Virus record (IMG/VR): IMGVR_UViG_2061766007_000472
Strand: one strand, 5' to 3'
Length of the DNA: 64,000 nucleotides
DNA from: an uncultured virus (IMG/VR IMGVR_UViG_2061766007_000472)
Lineage: Duplodnaviria > Heunggongvirae > Uroviricota > Caudoviricetes
The position numbers and the translations under genes are program-made. Shown in pieces: positions 21,459 to 34,365 of the stretch; position 1 is the first letter of the stretch; each line of letters begins with the position of its first letter. Under the pieces are notes generated by a model. The model was not told where the DNA came from and made no database searches. It worked only from the letters and a program-made list of their open reading frames with translations.

Positions 21459-22835
21459 ATGGAACTCGACTTTACAAACGACTTGCTGGAGAGGGTCCTT
21501 GTCAAGAAGACTTTAGTAGACAAGAGATTCCTGAACACCATTAGCACCGTCCTCGACCAAAGATGGTTCGAGTGCTCGAAACAGCTTGGGATAATATCTA
21601 AACTAATTTTAAAGTATTACAAGGCATACGAAAGTACCCCGACTACGCAGATAGTCCAGGCGATGGTGTCCAAATACTGCCAGGTACACTCAGACGCAAA
21701 CCAGGCTGACATCCTAAAAGAGCTCACCGAAGTCGTAAGGCTCGATGTAGACCTGACGTCTGACGTGATGAAGAACAACCTCCACAGGTTCATAAAGGAA
21801 AAACTGCTCTATTACACAATACACGACAACGCCGTGGACATCATGAACCACGGCTCTCTCGACAAGTGCATAGACAAGTTCGAGAACATCCAGAAGTTCA
21901 CGTTCGAGGATGCAAACCTCGGAATGAGCTATTTCAGGAAAGAAGACCAGGAGAGGCACTGGGATTATATAAACAACCCAGAGGCGAGGATAAGCAGCGG
22001 GTTCTCTGGACTAGACAAGTACACAAACGGCGGGTTCTACAGAAGCGGAANNNNNNNNNNNNNNNNNNGCCTAGGAAAAAGCTTGTTTTTGTCTAACATA
22101 GCCGTGAATTGTCTGAAAGAAGACCTCGGAGTCGTCGTCATATCCCTTGAAATGAGCGAAAACGTTTACGCCACGAGATTCGACGCACACATATCAGACT
22201 CCAACATAAACAGGCTTAGGGAAAACGGCGACTCCGTCCTTAAGAAAATAAACGAGTTCTATTCGAAACATCCGAACTGCAACCTGTTCATAAAAGAATA
22301 TCCACCAAGGAGCATAAGGGTATCTGACATACAGGTATATCTAGACAACCTGGTCGCAAGCGGTGGCAAGTTCGACATAATCATAATAGACTACCTAAAC
22401 CTCGTCCTTCCTAACCGAAGCAGGGACAATATGTACCAGGACATTCTCGACGTTGCGGAAAAACTGAGAGCCCTTTCTTACATTTACGAAGTACCAGTCG
22501 TAACCGCGACTCAGGCCACGACCGAGGGGATGAACAACGAGAACATCGGTATGGAGCACGTTTCCGAATCAAGGGGAATAGCGCATACAGTAGATTTCCT
22601 CGCTGGGTTATATCAGATGGAGGAAGACAGGGACAACGGAAGGATAAACATGAGGTTGATAAAGAACCGTCTCGGAGGGTACACTGGAAAGGTCATTCCG
22701 TTCAAGCTTAATCCAGAGTCCCTCGTATTGAGGGACGAGACGTTCTCACCAGAGAGCTCTGTCGGAGAGTCACCCGAGGCGAATGCGATACTAAGCAATT
22801 TCCACGAACTGTCAGAAGACATAGACAGTGTTTGA
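21459..22835 (+). CDS. replicative DnaB-family helicase (T4 gp41-like)
   Basis: GKSLFLSN, ISLEMSE, IKEYP, IIDYLNL, TATQ, SESRG, KNR motifs. Confidence 0.92.
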   Translation: MELDFTNDLLERVLVKKTLVDKRFLNTISTVLDQRWFECSKQLGIISKLILKYYKAYESTPTTQIVQAMVSKYCQVHSDANQADILKELTEVVRLDVDLTSDVMKNNLHRFIKEKLLYYTIHDNAVDIMNHGSLDKCIDKFENIQKFTFEDANLGMSYFRKEDQERHWDYINNPEARISSGFSGLDKYTNGGFYRSGXXXXXXXLGKSLFLSNIAVNCLKEDLGVVVISLEMSENVYATRFDAHISDSNINRLRENGDSVLKKINEFYSKHPNCNLFIKEYPPRSIRVSDIQVYLDNLVASGGKFDIIIIDYLNLVLPNRSRDNMYQDILDVAEKLRALSYIYEVPVVTATQATTEGMNNENIGMEHVSESRGIAHTVDFLAGLYQMEEDRDNGRINMRLIKNRLGGYTGKVIPFKLNPESLVLRDETFSPESSVGESPEANAILSNFHELSEDIDSV

Positions 22836-23180
22836 AGAGGTTGAAAATGGGATATAACGAACAAGAGGAAGAATCTTTTCCAACAGATGACTGCAATGGA
22901 TTCTACTACACTAACGACAAACAGATAAGAAGGATAGACGATGCGTTCATCATGTCAAAGCTGATAGAGAAATATCCAGATTTCTCCGACAAGAGCAGTG
23001 AAAACCTTTTAAAGCAGGTTTTCATGATTATGGCAAAGGACACCAAATTCATAAAAGGAATAACCGAAAAATACGACATAACCCCGCGTGAACTGTTTGG
23101 GATAATTTATAGAAACTATTCCTTCCTGTTCGGCTCATGCTACGTGTCAAAATTGCAGAAACTAGTATCTAGGCGTTCAT

Positions 23181-23870
23181 ATGCAAGGCCACCAAAAACC
23201 ACTAAATGTAAAGACAGCAAAAGAGCTGGAANNNNNNNNNNNNNNNNNNNNNNNNNNNNNNNNNNNNNNNNNNNNNNNNNNNNNNNNNNNNNNNNNNNNN
23301 NNNNNNNNNNNNNNNNNNTTCCAGAGGTTCTACTCAGAACACAAAAAGGCTTTCGACAAGCTCCATTTCATACTCAGGAAATACTTAGTAGACGAAGACG
23401 AATTCTTAAAATACTCTCTTGACAACATAAACGTATTCACGCCAGAGTTTCTCATTAAGTCTGAGGTTTTCAGGAGATATGCGGACAAGAAAAGTAGGGA
23501 CGAGAAATACGACTACATCTTCGAGATGTATATGAAAACAGTAAGATTCGTTGCCGAGATGAGCCTTAAAATCGGAATAACCCCAAAGGAATTCCTGCTC
23601 TTGGAATTCAGCGAAAACAGGATTGCGTACGATTTCATGGCTGGNNNNNNNNNNNNNNNNNNNNNNNNNNNNNNNNNNNNNNNNNATTGGACCCTCGACA
23701 ACCTAAACAAGGACGAACTTCGTATAATATATGATGCCCTGGATGAATTACGGGTAATGGCCAACGAGTCGTTTTTCAGGAAAACTGGAAACTATCCAAG
23801 GCCAATACTGGATTCCGAGGCCGAATTGACCAAATTAAAAGAAAAACAACTAACTAAAGAAAACGAATAA
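23181..23870 (+). CDS. hypothetical protein, positionally like T4 gp59 helicase loader
   Basis: Directly upstream of the gp32-like gene; synteny only. Confidence 0.3.
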   Translation: MQGHQKPLNVKTAKELEXXXXXXXXXXXXXXXXXXXXXXXXXXXXXFQRFYSEHKKAFDKLHFILRKYLVDEDEFLKYSLDNINVFTPEFLIKSEVFRRYADKKSRDEKYDYIFEMYMKTVRFVAEMSLKIGITPKEFLLLEFSENRIAYDFMAXXXXXXXXXXXXXXXWTLDNLNKDELRIIYDALDELRVMANESFFRKTGNYPRPILDSEAELTKLKEKQLTKENE

Positions 23871-23882
23871 CAGGAGAAAAAA

Positions 23883-25001
23883 ATGTGCACATTCTGCTCA
23901 GACCTTCCAACTGATGAAAGAGGCGGCGCTGGCAAAGCGTTCATAACTCTGTTCCTAAAGCNNNNNNNNNNNNNCAGATTCAGGCTTCTTAATTTCAGGT
24001 CCCCGACGAAAAACAACAGGAGTTATCCATTCATTTCGAGATTCGTGCACAATCACTGGGGAGTAAACGACAAGGGGATAAACGTGGTAGATGACTACGT
24101 GGCATGCCCGTCATCTCCATATATAGACGCCAGGAACGACTCGGAGCTTGGATTCGTCGATGTTTTCAAGGAGCTTAAGCTCAGAGACAAGAAACCAACG
24201 TGGGACAACGTGTGTCCAATATGCAGGCACGTCGCAGAGGCGTGGAACGCCTGGAAAAGCAGCGGAAAGACCGACAAAATGGCCCTCGACAGGATTTCCA
24301 TGATGAAGAAGCAGTTCCAGGGCGTAATTCCAGTTTATGTCGTGAACGACCCGATAAACCCCAAAAACAACGGAAGGTTCAAATGCTTCATCCTAAACAA
24401 CCAGGATGAATACAAGCACCTCATCGAAGTCGTCAACATGGAGAGGGCGAAGATTAACGCATCTGGAGGAAAATACAACTGGTGCAACGGCGAAAACGCG
24501 GTCGACTTCTACATGAGGATGGAAAAGGTCCCAGTCACATACAAGAACGGCAAGCAAGGAGAAACCAGAAAAATCACCATGATGAAGTTCGGGCACACTC
24601 CGTACACGTTGAAGGACAACAACGAACGCCCAATTATCACAAAGGAGAACATAGACCGTTTCGAGTTCGACGACCAGTATTACGTCAAGAGTACAAAAAC
24701 AGAGATTGAGGAGTTCTACACCAAGTATTTCTCGCTTGTTTCAAACAACATCCCAGACGAGGACCTGTCCGACTTCGAAGAACACGTACAGCAAGTTCAG
24801 CCAGTCAAGAGCGACAAGGTTAAGATACCTCAGAACTCAGAAACCACACCAAGTAACGAGACGACAACACTCGTAAACGACCTGTTGTCTGATTCCGACG
24901 ACCTTCCAGCAACGAACATACAGGACGATGACGATGAACCGTCTGAATCCCACGCACCGACAGTTGCCGAACTCCTCGGAAGCATGGATTTCACAGACTG
25001 A
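23883..25001 (+). CDS. ssDNA-binding protein (T4 gp32-like)
   Basis: RFRLL, HNHW, ACP/CPIC zinc ligands, VYVVNDPINPKNNG, acidic C-terminal tail. Confidence 0.8.
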   Translation: MCTFCSDLPTDERGGAGKAFITLFLKXXXXXRFRLLNFRSPTKNNRSYPFISRFVHNHWGVNDKGINVVDDYVACPSSPYIDARNDSELGFVDVFKELKLRDKKPTWDNVCPICRHVAEAWNAWKSSGKTDKMALDRISMMKKQFQGVIPVYVVNDPINPKNNGRFKCFILNNQDEYKHLIEVVNMERAKINASGGKYNWCNGENAVDFYMRMEKVPVTYKNGKQGETRKITMMKFGHTPYTLKDNNERPIITKENIDRFEFDDQYYVKSTKTEIEEFYTKYFSLVSNNIPDEDLSDFEEHVQQVQPVKSDKVKIPQNSETTPSNETTTLVNDLLSDSDDLPATNIQDDDDEPSESHAPTVAELLGSMDFTD

Positions 25002-25005
25002 ATAT

Positions 25006-25042
25006 AAAAAAAAGAAAGCTGGTCTTTTTGACCAGCTTTCTT
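25006..25042 (+). terminator. intrinsic terminator
   Basis: aagaaagctggtc-ttttt-gaccagctttctt hairpin. Confidence 0.7.
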
Positions 25043-25116
25043 GTAAATACATTTTAGTGTGAATGGAAGGAACATTCCTCCAATAGCACTGGAAAGATTG
25101 ATTAACAATAACAATC

Positions 25117-25604
25117 AAAACACAGGAGAAACAGAAATGTTCGACATAATTAGAAGCAATTCCCCATGGGACGACATGTGGAAGACTATGGATGCTCTCA
25201 TGCAGTATCCATTCAAGGAAAAGACGTTGGAGACTAACGGTTTGAAGGCCCTAATTCGTAGACCCCACAATATCGTGGCCGTAAAGGACAAGGACGGAAA
25301 AATCGTGTCCCAGAGGCTCGAGGTTGTAACGACTCCTTTCGCAAAGGACGACGTAAAGGTTACGGTCTCTGACAATACACTTACCGTGGAGTGCGGAAGT
25401 GAAAACAAGGAAGAGAAGAATGAGGACGATTACATCTACAAGGGAATATCTTCCCAGACGTATTCTTTCTCGATTCGTCTTTCGGACAAGATTGACAAAT
25501 CTGCAATCAAGGCGAAAAACGTAGATGGAGTCCTGACAATATCCCTTCCGTTCAAGAAAGAAGAGCCGAAGGAAATCGGAGTCACGAAGATAGAGGTCGA
25601 GTGA
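25117..25604 (+). CDS. small heat-shock protein Hsp20
   Basis: KDDVKVTVSDNTLTV...YKGIS...IKAKNVDGVLTISLP alpha-crystallin domain. Confidence 0.9.
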
Positions 25605-25675
25605 CAAAACAAAAACTCAGTCTTTCCACAGGGGTCGACCATCAGTCGGCCCCTTTCTTTTTGTATAATATTCAC

Positions 25676-26346
25676 ATGAAAATTGAAAACGTACGTGTAT
25701 TCGGGTTCATGGACGCACTTCGCGGGANNNNNNNNNNNNNNNNNNNNNNGACAGGGGAGACTCAGACTTTCGTTATTCTGAAGAGAACGGCTCCCTTCTG
25801 TCATATAAAATAGGACCTAACGACGAAAAACTCTGCCGAGCCCTCGTCACTGGAGGAGCCCCACACAGGAAGTTCATGCGCCAGATTTTCGTTGAAATGG
25901 ACATTACAGCCCCAATGTACTGGTGGGCCGAGATGGACACTTATAAGGTTGGAACGACGAGGAACTCGTGCTCTGTCCAGCACAAGGGTTCGTCGAGGGA
26001 CTTCACGGAAGAAGACTTCACGTTCGACGAGCTTTCAGATGGGAAATACACTCCAGACGAAAGGTTTATGCTTGCAGATGACATCGGGGAAATGCTCGAC
26101 ATACTCAACAAGTGGCGTAGAAAATACGTCGAGACTAAGGACTACACGTATTTCAGGCTCATGCGGCAGTTCATGGGAAGCGGATACAATTACAAAGCCA
26201 CGTGGTCTGGGACCTACGAGAACATGTACAACATATACGAGTGGCGTCACAACCACAATCTAAAGGAGTGGCACGTTTTGTGCGACATAATAGAGAAGAT
26301 GCCTGGTATGGAGATTTTCCTGGAACGGTTTAAGAAGGACATATGA
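25676..26346 (+). CDS. ThyX-related phage protein
   Basis: HRKFMRQI..DITAPMYWWAEMDTYKVGTTRNSCS...YEWRHNHNLKEW, a common phage family resembling flavin-dependent thymidylate synthase. Confidence 0.5.
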
Positions 26347-26347
26347 C

Positions 26348-26632
26348 ATGAAGAAAGTATCGAAATATGGGAACGAGCCTATAAAGACCGAGCTGGACAC
26401 GTTTATCAGGACTAACGTGATGTACGAGACCCCTTCGAAGGAATGGCTAAAGGACGTCAAGTCAGAGATAACCAAGATTGTGAACGCGCATTTCCAGAAG
26501 AAGTACTATCAGACATTCGTCGAGGTTTACGTCGTCGGGAGCGAATTTCACTGTTTGATAGGGTTCAGGCAAATGGAGAAGGACAAGTTCTGCTTCATAA
26601 ATTGCAGCGTAACCACTGGAAACGATAAATGA
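26348..26632 (+). CDS. hypothetical protein
   Basis: 94-aa ORF within the operon. Confidence 0.45.
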   Translation: MKKVSKYGNEPIKTELDTFIRTNVMYETPSKEWLKDVKSEITKIVNAHFQKKYYQTFVEVYVVGSEFHCLIGFRQMEKDKFCFINCSVTTGNDK

Positions 26633-26633
26633 T

Positions 26634-27404
26634 ATGCCAAACCTCAAGATAATATTCAACATTTTCTATCCTCCAACCGAACAACTGAAGAAGTTCATTG
26701 AGTAGAATAAGTCGACTGACGGTGTCTATTTCCCCATAAACGGGGGTAGCCATCTCGACGACTGGTGGAGCGAAAAGTTTCTTCAGGTGGATTCCTCTGG
26801 AGACAACATATCGCATTTAAATCATCTCTTAAACGAGATGACCTCGATTTACTGGTTCTGGAAGAACGCAAATCTCCCAGATTATGTTGGTTTCTCTCAC
26901 TATAGAAGAACCTTTAACCAAAACGACATTTCCGATTATCCAGAATACGACATAATCGTATCTAAGCCTATATGGTCGTCTGACAAGATTTCCCTCGCAT
27001 ATCAATATAAATATTACCACGTCCTATCAGATTTGCAGACGTGCATAGACGTAATACGAAACGAATTCAGCTATGGGTGGGGAGAGGGGTTCAGGAAATA
27101 TCTCCTTTCCAGCGGGACGAACCTAGCACCGTGCAACATGTTCATCATGAAGAAGGGACTGTTCGATGAGTGGTGCGATTTCATTTTCCCCGTACTCCTG
27201 AAATTAAAGGAAAAAATCTGCGACTCCGATGAATTTAAGAAGAGGGATAACTACCAGAAGAGAGCGTTGTGCTTTTTAACGGAGAGGATATTCGGATACT
27301 GGTATTACCTCAAGAGGAATTCTGGCTTAAAAACAAAGGAGATAGACATAGTAGAGCATCTGGAGTACAAGCCAGCTGGTGTTAATGAGAGAGGTTCATA
27401 TTAA
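26634..27404 (+). CDS. DUF4422-like glycosyltransferase-associated protein (TAG at 26703)
   Basis: DNISHLN..NEMTSIYWFWKN, YVGFSHYRR, CNMFIMKK, FLTERIF motifs. Confidence 0.75.
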
Positions 27405-27428
27405 TTGATTATTGAATGGTAGAATAAT

Positions 27429-29600
27429 ATGAGTACCGTTATAAGAAATAGATATAAATTAAGAACGGCTCTTGTAGCCATAGCAAAAGACGAAGATANN
27501 NNNNNNNNNNNNNNNNNNNNNNNNNTTATTACATCAATCTCGGATTTAGTGATATATTCATATTTTAGCATAATTGGAAATATACGAGAAATGATATATT
27601 AAATCATAATGTACATTTTCTAGAAATCAGCGGGGAATGTATACAGTCAAAAACATATAATTATTTTATAGACAATTATTATAATTAGTTTGATTTTGCT
27701 GCATTCTTCGANNNNNNNNNNNNNNNNNNNNNNNNNNNNNNNNNNNNNNNNNNNNNNNNNNNNNNNNNNNNNNNNNNNNNNTGTTTATAAACTGGAGATT
27801 GTTCGGTGATAACGGTCTTAGCGGAAAAAACATAGATACCTATTCCGTAATAAAAAGATTTACCAGATGCGATTCTAAGCTTCATACCCNNNNNNNNNNN
27901 NNNNNNNNNNNNNNNNNNNNNNNNNNNNNNNNCATATTCTCTTAGAAAAAAATGATATGCAAACGAAGTATGTGGAGTGCAAGTCAATCGACCCAGCAAG
28001 AAAACGTGTTGTTTCTGGCGGCAATATTCCAGACAATATCGAGAATGAACCAGCAGAACTCTATCATTTCAGAAACAAGACATATGAAGAAGTTGTAAAG
28101 AGAAAAATGAACGGATGCGCATGTTTCCCAAAAAACTCACCGTACATGAAATCCTGGACCGATATGGACTAGATAAAAAAAGATTTCGACGACCATAACA
28201 AAAATGAAATCGTAAATACGAATCTTCTGCGTCTAATGAATGATAAAGTCGCCCTCGCTGCAATAGCAAAGGATGAGGACAATTATATAGAAGAATGGAT
28301 TAGATATAATCTAAAACTTGGATTCGATAAAATAATCATATATCAGAACAACTGGAGGGCAAACATTCCGACCGACATAAAAGATAGAGTAATCTTAATT
28401 GATTACGATACCAATTAGGATTTTGCCCAACAACATGCATATAACGATTGCATAAATAAATTTTACAATGATTTTTCGTGGATTGCATTTTTTGATGTGG
28501 ATGAATTTCTTGTCCTTANNNNNNNNNNNNNNNNNNNNNNNNNNNNNNNNNNNNNNNNNNNNNNNNNNNNNNNNNNNNNNNNNNNNNNNNNNNNNNNNNN
28601 NNNNNNNNNNNNNNNNNNNNACAAAAAGGTCTAAATGACCATATAAAAACAATAGTAAACACAAAAAAATGTGGGAATACACCAAGAATACACGTATGTT
28701 GCCACTGTACTGAAAAATCTTTTTCTAATAATTCTACAATATCAGTAGACAAAAAGAACTTTATTCATTCATATTCAAATAAAGAGAATCTTGAAGAATG
28801 CGAAAAAATAGCTTACCTTGCGCACTTTAGATGTAAGACAGAACAAGAATGGAATGAAAAATGCAGACGAAACGGAAGTGGAATACAAAGACGAATGGAT
28901 GAGTATAAAAACAGCGTCGAATACTTCAAACGTTTCAACATAAATGAAACAATTGACACTTCCGTCAGGGATTTCATTCTTGGAATTTCATATAAAACCG
29001 CCCTGGTTGCAATAGCCAAAGACGAAGACAACTATCTTAAAGAATGGGTAGACTACCATCTAAACTTGGGTTTTGATGAAATATACATTTATCAAAACGA
29101 TTGGAAATACAAGAACGGAGACATAAACGACGGCAGAGTCCATTTCCTGGAAATTAGTGGGCCTGGAAAACAAGTTGAATGCTATAATGGATTTATAGAA
29201 AATTATTCTGACAAATACGGATTTGCCGCGTTTTTTGACATAGACGAATTCCTATACATCAANNNNNNNNNNAGATGTTAGAAAAAATGTAAGGTTTCAT
29301 AATCCACACATTCTTTTATACCAAGGGTCCGAACTTAGAGTATGCGACCCCTCTTTGGAAAGATATACTTCTTGTGGTTGCATCCACAACAATTCGTCTG
29401 ACGAACCGTTCGAACTGTACCACTACAGAAACAAGACCTGGGAAGAGTGCTTTAAAAGAAAATGGAATACGCAGGATGCTCACTTCAAGACTCCGCTTGC
29501 TGGAAGAACGGATAAAACAACTTTAAAAAATGAATTTGTTAAATACAATAGAAATGATATTGTAAATTATTCATTATATGATTTTTCTCCTAAACTTTAA
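27429..29600 (+). CDS. protein with three tandem GT-A (GT92/GT2-like) domains, several TAGs and gaps
   Basis: Three copies of AL(V/A)AIAKDED...LGF..I.I.(Q/*)..W...AFFD; domains joined in frame across TAG 28170 and within ORF 28895. Confidence 0.65.
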
Positions 29601-29611
29601 TCTGTCTTTTT

Positions 29612-30354
29612 ATGTTTGTTACTTATAAAATACTTAATAGGATAGGGAATATATGTCTTGAAATTTACAAGACATTTCGGTATGCTCTAGAACACAAAAT
29701 AAATTTTAAAAATGTTGTATTCGAAAAGCATTACTATAGTCCTCTTTTTGAAAACATAAAAGAGAATTTTATCGATGAACGAGAATACGGTGGTATAAAA
29801 TTTGACTTCATACTACACGAAAGCTCGGACATCAACATTGTCCCGCCGTCAAATGAACAGAACGTGATGTTTACTGGCTGCAACTGGATNNNNNNNNNNN
29901 NNNNNNNNNNNNTGATTCCAAGACGCTATATAGTATGGCATTGGAAAAATATTATGACTTGTTTTCCGTTCCTACAATTGGTTATACCGTAAGAAGAGGG
30001 GATTTTGTTCATTTTCAGAATACACATAAGTTAATTTCACTCGAACAGTTAAATAACGACATAGATGAAATAATTAACAGGCATTTTGGATATATTAGAA
30101 TAATTATGACATCTGATGACGTTAATTGGTGTAAAAGTAATATAAAAAATAAATCAAAGATATTCTTCCTTGAAGACACACCAGAAATGCAAATAATAAC
30201 CCTTTCTTTTTGTGATTATGTCGTGCAAAACGGGTCGTATTACAGGAGCATAGACCATATTTGCGGAAGATACGAAAGTACATTTGGTCAAATACCCTAG
30301 ATTCTCGGAGTTTCTAGAAAATTTATGAATTACAACAACCCATTTAAGAATTAA
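29612..30354 (+). CDS. GT11-like (alpha-1,2-fucosyltransferase-like) glycosyltransferase (TAG at 30298)
   Basis: RIGN near the N-terminus, VRRGDF, SDDVNWCK, LSFCD motifs. Confidence 0.65.
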
Positions 30355-30368
30355 ACAACGGAGATACG

Positions 30369-30966
30369 ATGAAAGATAAAGCAGAATTATTCAGTTGGCT
30401 AATTAACAGGAGAAATTATAAGAAANNNNNNNNNNNNNNNNNNNNNNNNNNNNNNNNNNNNNNNNNNNNNNNNNNNNNNNNNNNNNNNNNNNNNNNNNNN
30501 NNNNNNNNNNNNNNNNNNNNNNNNNTCTCTGGAAAGTTCAGACAAATTCGATATCATATTCATAGATGGTATGCATCTCTGTGATTATGTCTACAAAGAC
30601 ATACAGAATTCACTTAAACATTTGAATGAGAACGGAATAATTTTTTGTCATGACATACTCCCATGGTCAGAGGCAATGCAAAGGAGAAACACAGAATGGT
30701 ATACAAACGGTAGAGATTTTGCGTGGAGCGGAGATTGCTGGAAGGCATTTGCATATTATCTGAAACGCTCTGAATATATGTGCTTTACGCTGGACTTCGA
30801 TTGTGGTCTAGGAGTAATAGACACTTCGAACAAGAGAAGCTCAGAACAAGACACAACTTGTTCCAAAGAAATGACAGAAATGGTATATGAAGATTATGCT
30901 AACAACAGAAACTCATGGTTGAACGTAAAGCAAAAAGACTATATATTTGAATATTTTGGTAATTGA
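30369..30966 (+). CDS. class I SAM methyltransferase
   Basis: FDIIFIDGMH...KDIQNSL..L..NGIIFCHD...WSGDCWKA. Confidence 0.7.
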
Positions 30967-30986
30967 TATATACGTATAATATTCCC

Positions 30987-31955
30987 ATGAATATAGTAAT
31001 TTTCGGTGCAAGCGGAATGCTCGGCTTCGACCTGTCCAGCTACCTTAAATCTTTACCCAATCATGGTTATAATATCGTCTGGCAAATCGCAACCCCCACG
31101 AGAAACGAAGTCGACATCTCCGATAGGATAAAGGTCCAGCACTATCTCACGACCATGAAGGCCGCTGGATACGACGTAGTGATAAACTGCGCAGCAGCCA
31201 CTGACGTGAACGGGATACAGTCGTGCGTCTCGGAAGAGACCAACTCGTATTCTATTAACGCCCTGGCACCAAAATACGTCGCAGAAGCCTGCAAAAATCT
31301 GAATATGCGCCTAGTCCACATATCCACGGACTACGTATATTCAGATAAATCCCTCAATACGTCGACATATCACGACGAGTTTCCAGCCAACATCTACGGA
31401 TACCACAAACTGATTGGAGAGCTTTTCGTAAAAAGCGCAATGCCGTCCAAATACACGATAATAAGAGTCGGATGCCTGTACGGAATGCACAGGGAAAAAT
31501 CATTCGTCCACAAGTTCCTAAAGAACGCGGCCAGTTCAATAAGGTACAAGGACTACTCCCCAACGGTCGTAAACTACTAGAAGTCGACCCCTACATCAAC
31601 GATGTTCGTGTGCGACATAATCCTAAACGTGCTCGAAAACGGAATATACGGAACCGTTACCACGTCTCCGCAAGGAGCGGCCAACAGATTCGAATTCGCC
31701 AGCAAGATAATAGAACTAGCAAACGAAACTGGGACCTTCCCAGACGAACTTAAGTCCGTTATTGTAAAGAAGGATTTTTGCGAGTTGAACCACTTTATTC
31801 CGTCTACTTCGTGCATGGGCAGAATAAACCAGACATCGCACATCGGATACGATTTTCCGTGGACATGGGAAGACGACCTGAGAAGATTCATGGAGGAAAA
31901 CTCTGAATTGTTGTCGAATTGGTTCAAGGCGCTCTTAAAGGAAAATGAGAGATGA
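30987..31955 (+). CDS. rmlD: dTDP-4-dehydrorhamnose reductase-like SDR (TAG at 31578)
   Basis: GASGMLG, VINCAAATDV, HISTDYVY, YGYHK; VVNY*KSTPT puts TAG at the conserved Q of the dQxxxPT motif. Confidence 0.8.
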
Positions 31956-32617
31956 AGTTTTGTGTCTATACGTGCATAACTGGAAACTACGACTAGCTTT
32001 CCATGATTTGTCCAGGCCAAAACCCCCAAGTGGATTTCATCTGCTTTACCGACAACCCACAGCTTGAATTCCAGTCTGGAAACTGGAACATAAGGAACAT
32101 GCCAGACGAACTTACATACCTTTCAAAAATAAAACAGCAAAGGGTTGTTAAGGTATGTCCACACAAGTATCTTTCAGAATACGAAACTACCCTGTGGATT
32201 GACGGAAACATAACCGTCATGTCCGACGTGTGGAAATTCGTCTCGAAGTACAACCTGGAGTAGATTCCCATTTGGGTCAGGAAGCATCCGTCAAGGAAGT
32301 GCATATATGAAGAGGCCAACGCCGTCCTGAAGCTAAAAAGGGATTTAAGGCAAGTTGTCGGACCACAGATGACTAAATACAAAGTAGAGAACTTTCCGAG
32401 AAGGTTCGGTCTCCATGAGACAAACATAATCCTGCGGAGGAATTGCAAAGAGATTGAAGTTTTCGGGAACATGTGGGCCAAGGAGATATTGGACCATTCT
32501 CACAGGGACCAGCTTTCATTCGACTATTGCAGATGGAAGCTAAACCAAAAGGTTGGCCTTCTCAAGATAGGCAATCTGACTAAAGACCAGAATTTCAGGT
32601 GGAGGAAACATGGATAA
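31952..32617 (+). CDS. DUF616-like glycosyltransferase (TAGs at 31994 and 32261)
   Basis: VYTCITGNYD*L, ICFTDN, LWIDGN, KHPSRKCIYEE, RDQLSF. Confidence 0.75.
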
Positions 32618-32966
32618 GGGATTCATCGAGGGACAAGTCGCCATAGTGCGGGATTAGACAGAATGGGGTGATTTCATCGTCCGAACACAGGACGGGGACT
32701 ACCACGTAGACTTCGACGACGGATACTACCACCAGTGCGTGGCGAAAAAGCTTGACGGAAAGACCGTTAGGCTCGGATATTATTCAATGGAGACGAATCC
32801 AGACGGAACGAAGTGGGTCCAGGCTGGAGACGANNNNNNNNNNNNNNNNNNNNNNNNNNNNNNNNNNNNNNNNNNNNNNNNNNNNNNNNNNNNNNNNNNN
32901 NNNNNNNNNNNNNNNNNNNNNNNNNNNNNNNNNNNNNNNNNNNNNNNNNNNNNNNNNNNNNNNNNA

Positions 32967-34250
32967 AAGTATTTTTTAAGATAATATGCGTAAATTATAA
33001 TAATTACATATATATAAAAAAGTGTTTAGAATCTGTTTTTTCTCAAACATTCAATGATTTTTTCTTAATTGTTGTTGATGACATAAGCACAGACGATTCA
33101 CCAAAAATATGTGAAATTTTCAAAAAGCGTTATCCATCAAAAATGGATTTTATAAAGTTGAAGGAAAAAAGACACGCTGGCGGCGCGAGAAACGAAGGAC
33201 TTGATTATCCGATTGAATCTGAATATACTTGGTTCATAGATAGTGATGATTATCTGTACGATAAAAATGTTTTGGATAAAANNNNNNNNNNNNNNNNNNN
33301 NNNNNNNNNNNNNNNNNNNNAAATTGTAATCGAAAAACCAGAAATATATAATATTTTAAAAAGCGGGATGCAGCCCTGGAAAAGCGTATTTCGTTCATCA
33401 ATAAAGACCAGATTCGTCGAGAAACGAGCTAAAAATAACGATATGGTGTGGGGATTCAAACTCTTTGATTCTGTTGACGACAAAAAAGTAATATCAGAGG
33501 CATATCCGTGTTATGTATACAATAAAACATCTACTACATCATGTCAGAATAATTTGTCTACGATGATAAAAAAAGAATGNNNNNNNNNNNNNNNNNNNNN
33601 NNNNNNNNNNNNAAATCATATAGAAAAATGTAGATGACATTATTTCTAGGTGGAGTAAATGGACAAAGGAAGAAATATCTATTCAGGAATTTTTCAGGAA
33701 TTCATTCATGATTACAATCGACGATTCAAAATTCCAATTTGAGATGTCGATATTCTAGTCTTTCTTCGGAAAATATAAACCAACTAAAGTTAATGGTTCC
33801 CACAACAAAAAATTAACTGGCCCCCAAAATTGTTTAATGTCTNNNNNNNNNNNNNNNNNNNNNNNNNNNNNNNNAATCTTCCGTTTGTCGTCGTTTTTGA
33901 AGATGACGCATACCCAAGAATAAATTGTGCTGAGCTTCTTGAGCAATACATAAGAATAATACCAAGAGATGCCAATATGGTTCTTCTCGGATGGTCAAAC
34001 CACATGAAACAAAGACCATAGAAATTCAACCAATTTTTNNNNNNNNNNNNNNNNNNNNNNNNNNNNNNNNNNNNNNNNNNNNNNNNNNNNNNNNNNNNNN
34101 NNNNNNNNAACCATATATAATAATGTTGGAACAACATATATATTAAATGAACCCCTATTCATCCAATATTCATCTCAAAAAAGTATGAACAAACACGTTG
34201 GGTATATTTTTTACGGGGACCACAACGAACCACCAGACGGATTTTTAAAA
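32967..34250 (+). CDS. GT2 domain followed by a GT25-like domain, probably one fusion protein across TAGs and gaps
   Basis: YIKKCLESV..Q..VVDDISTD, GGARNEGL, FIDSDD (GT2); QNCLMS...VVFEDDAY (GT25). Confidence 0.6.
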
Positions 34251-34365
34251 NNNNNNNNNNNNNNNNNNNNNNNNNNNNNNNNNNNNNNNNNNNNNNNNNN
34301 NNNNNNNNNNNNNNNNNNNNNNNNNNNNNNNNNNNNNNNNNNNNNNNNNNNNNNNNNNNNNNNNN

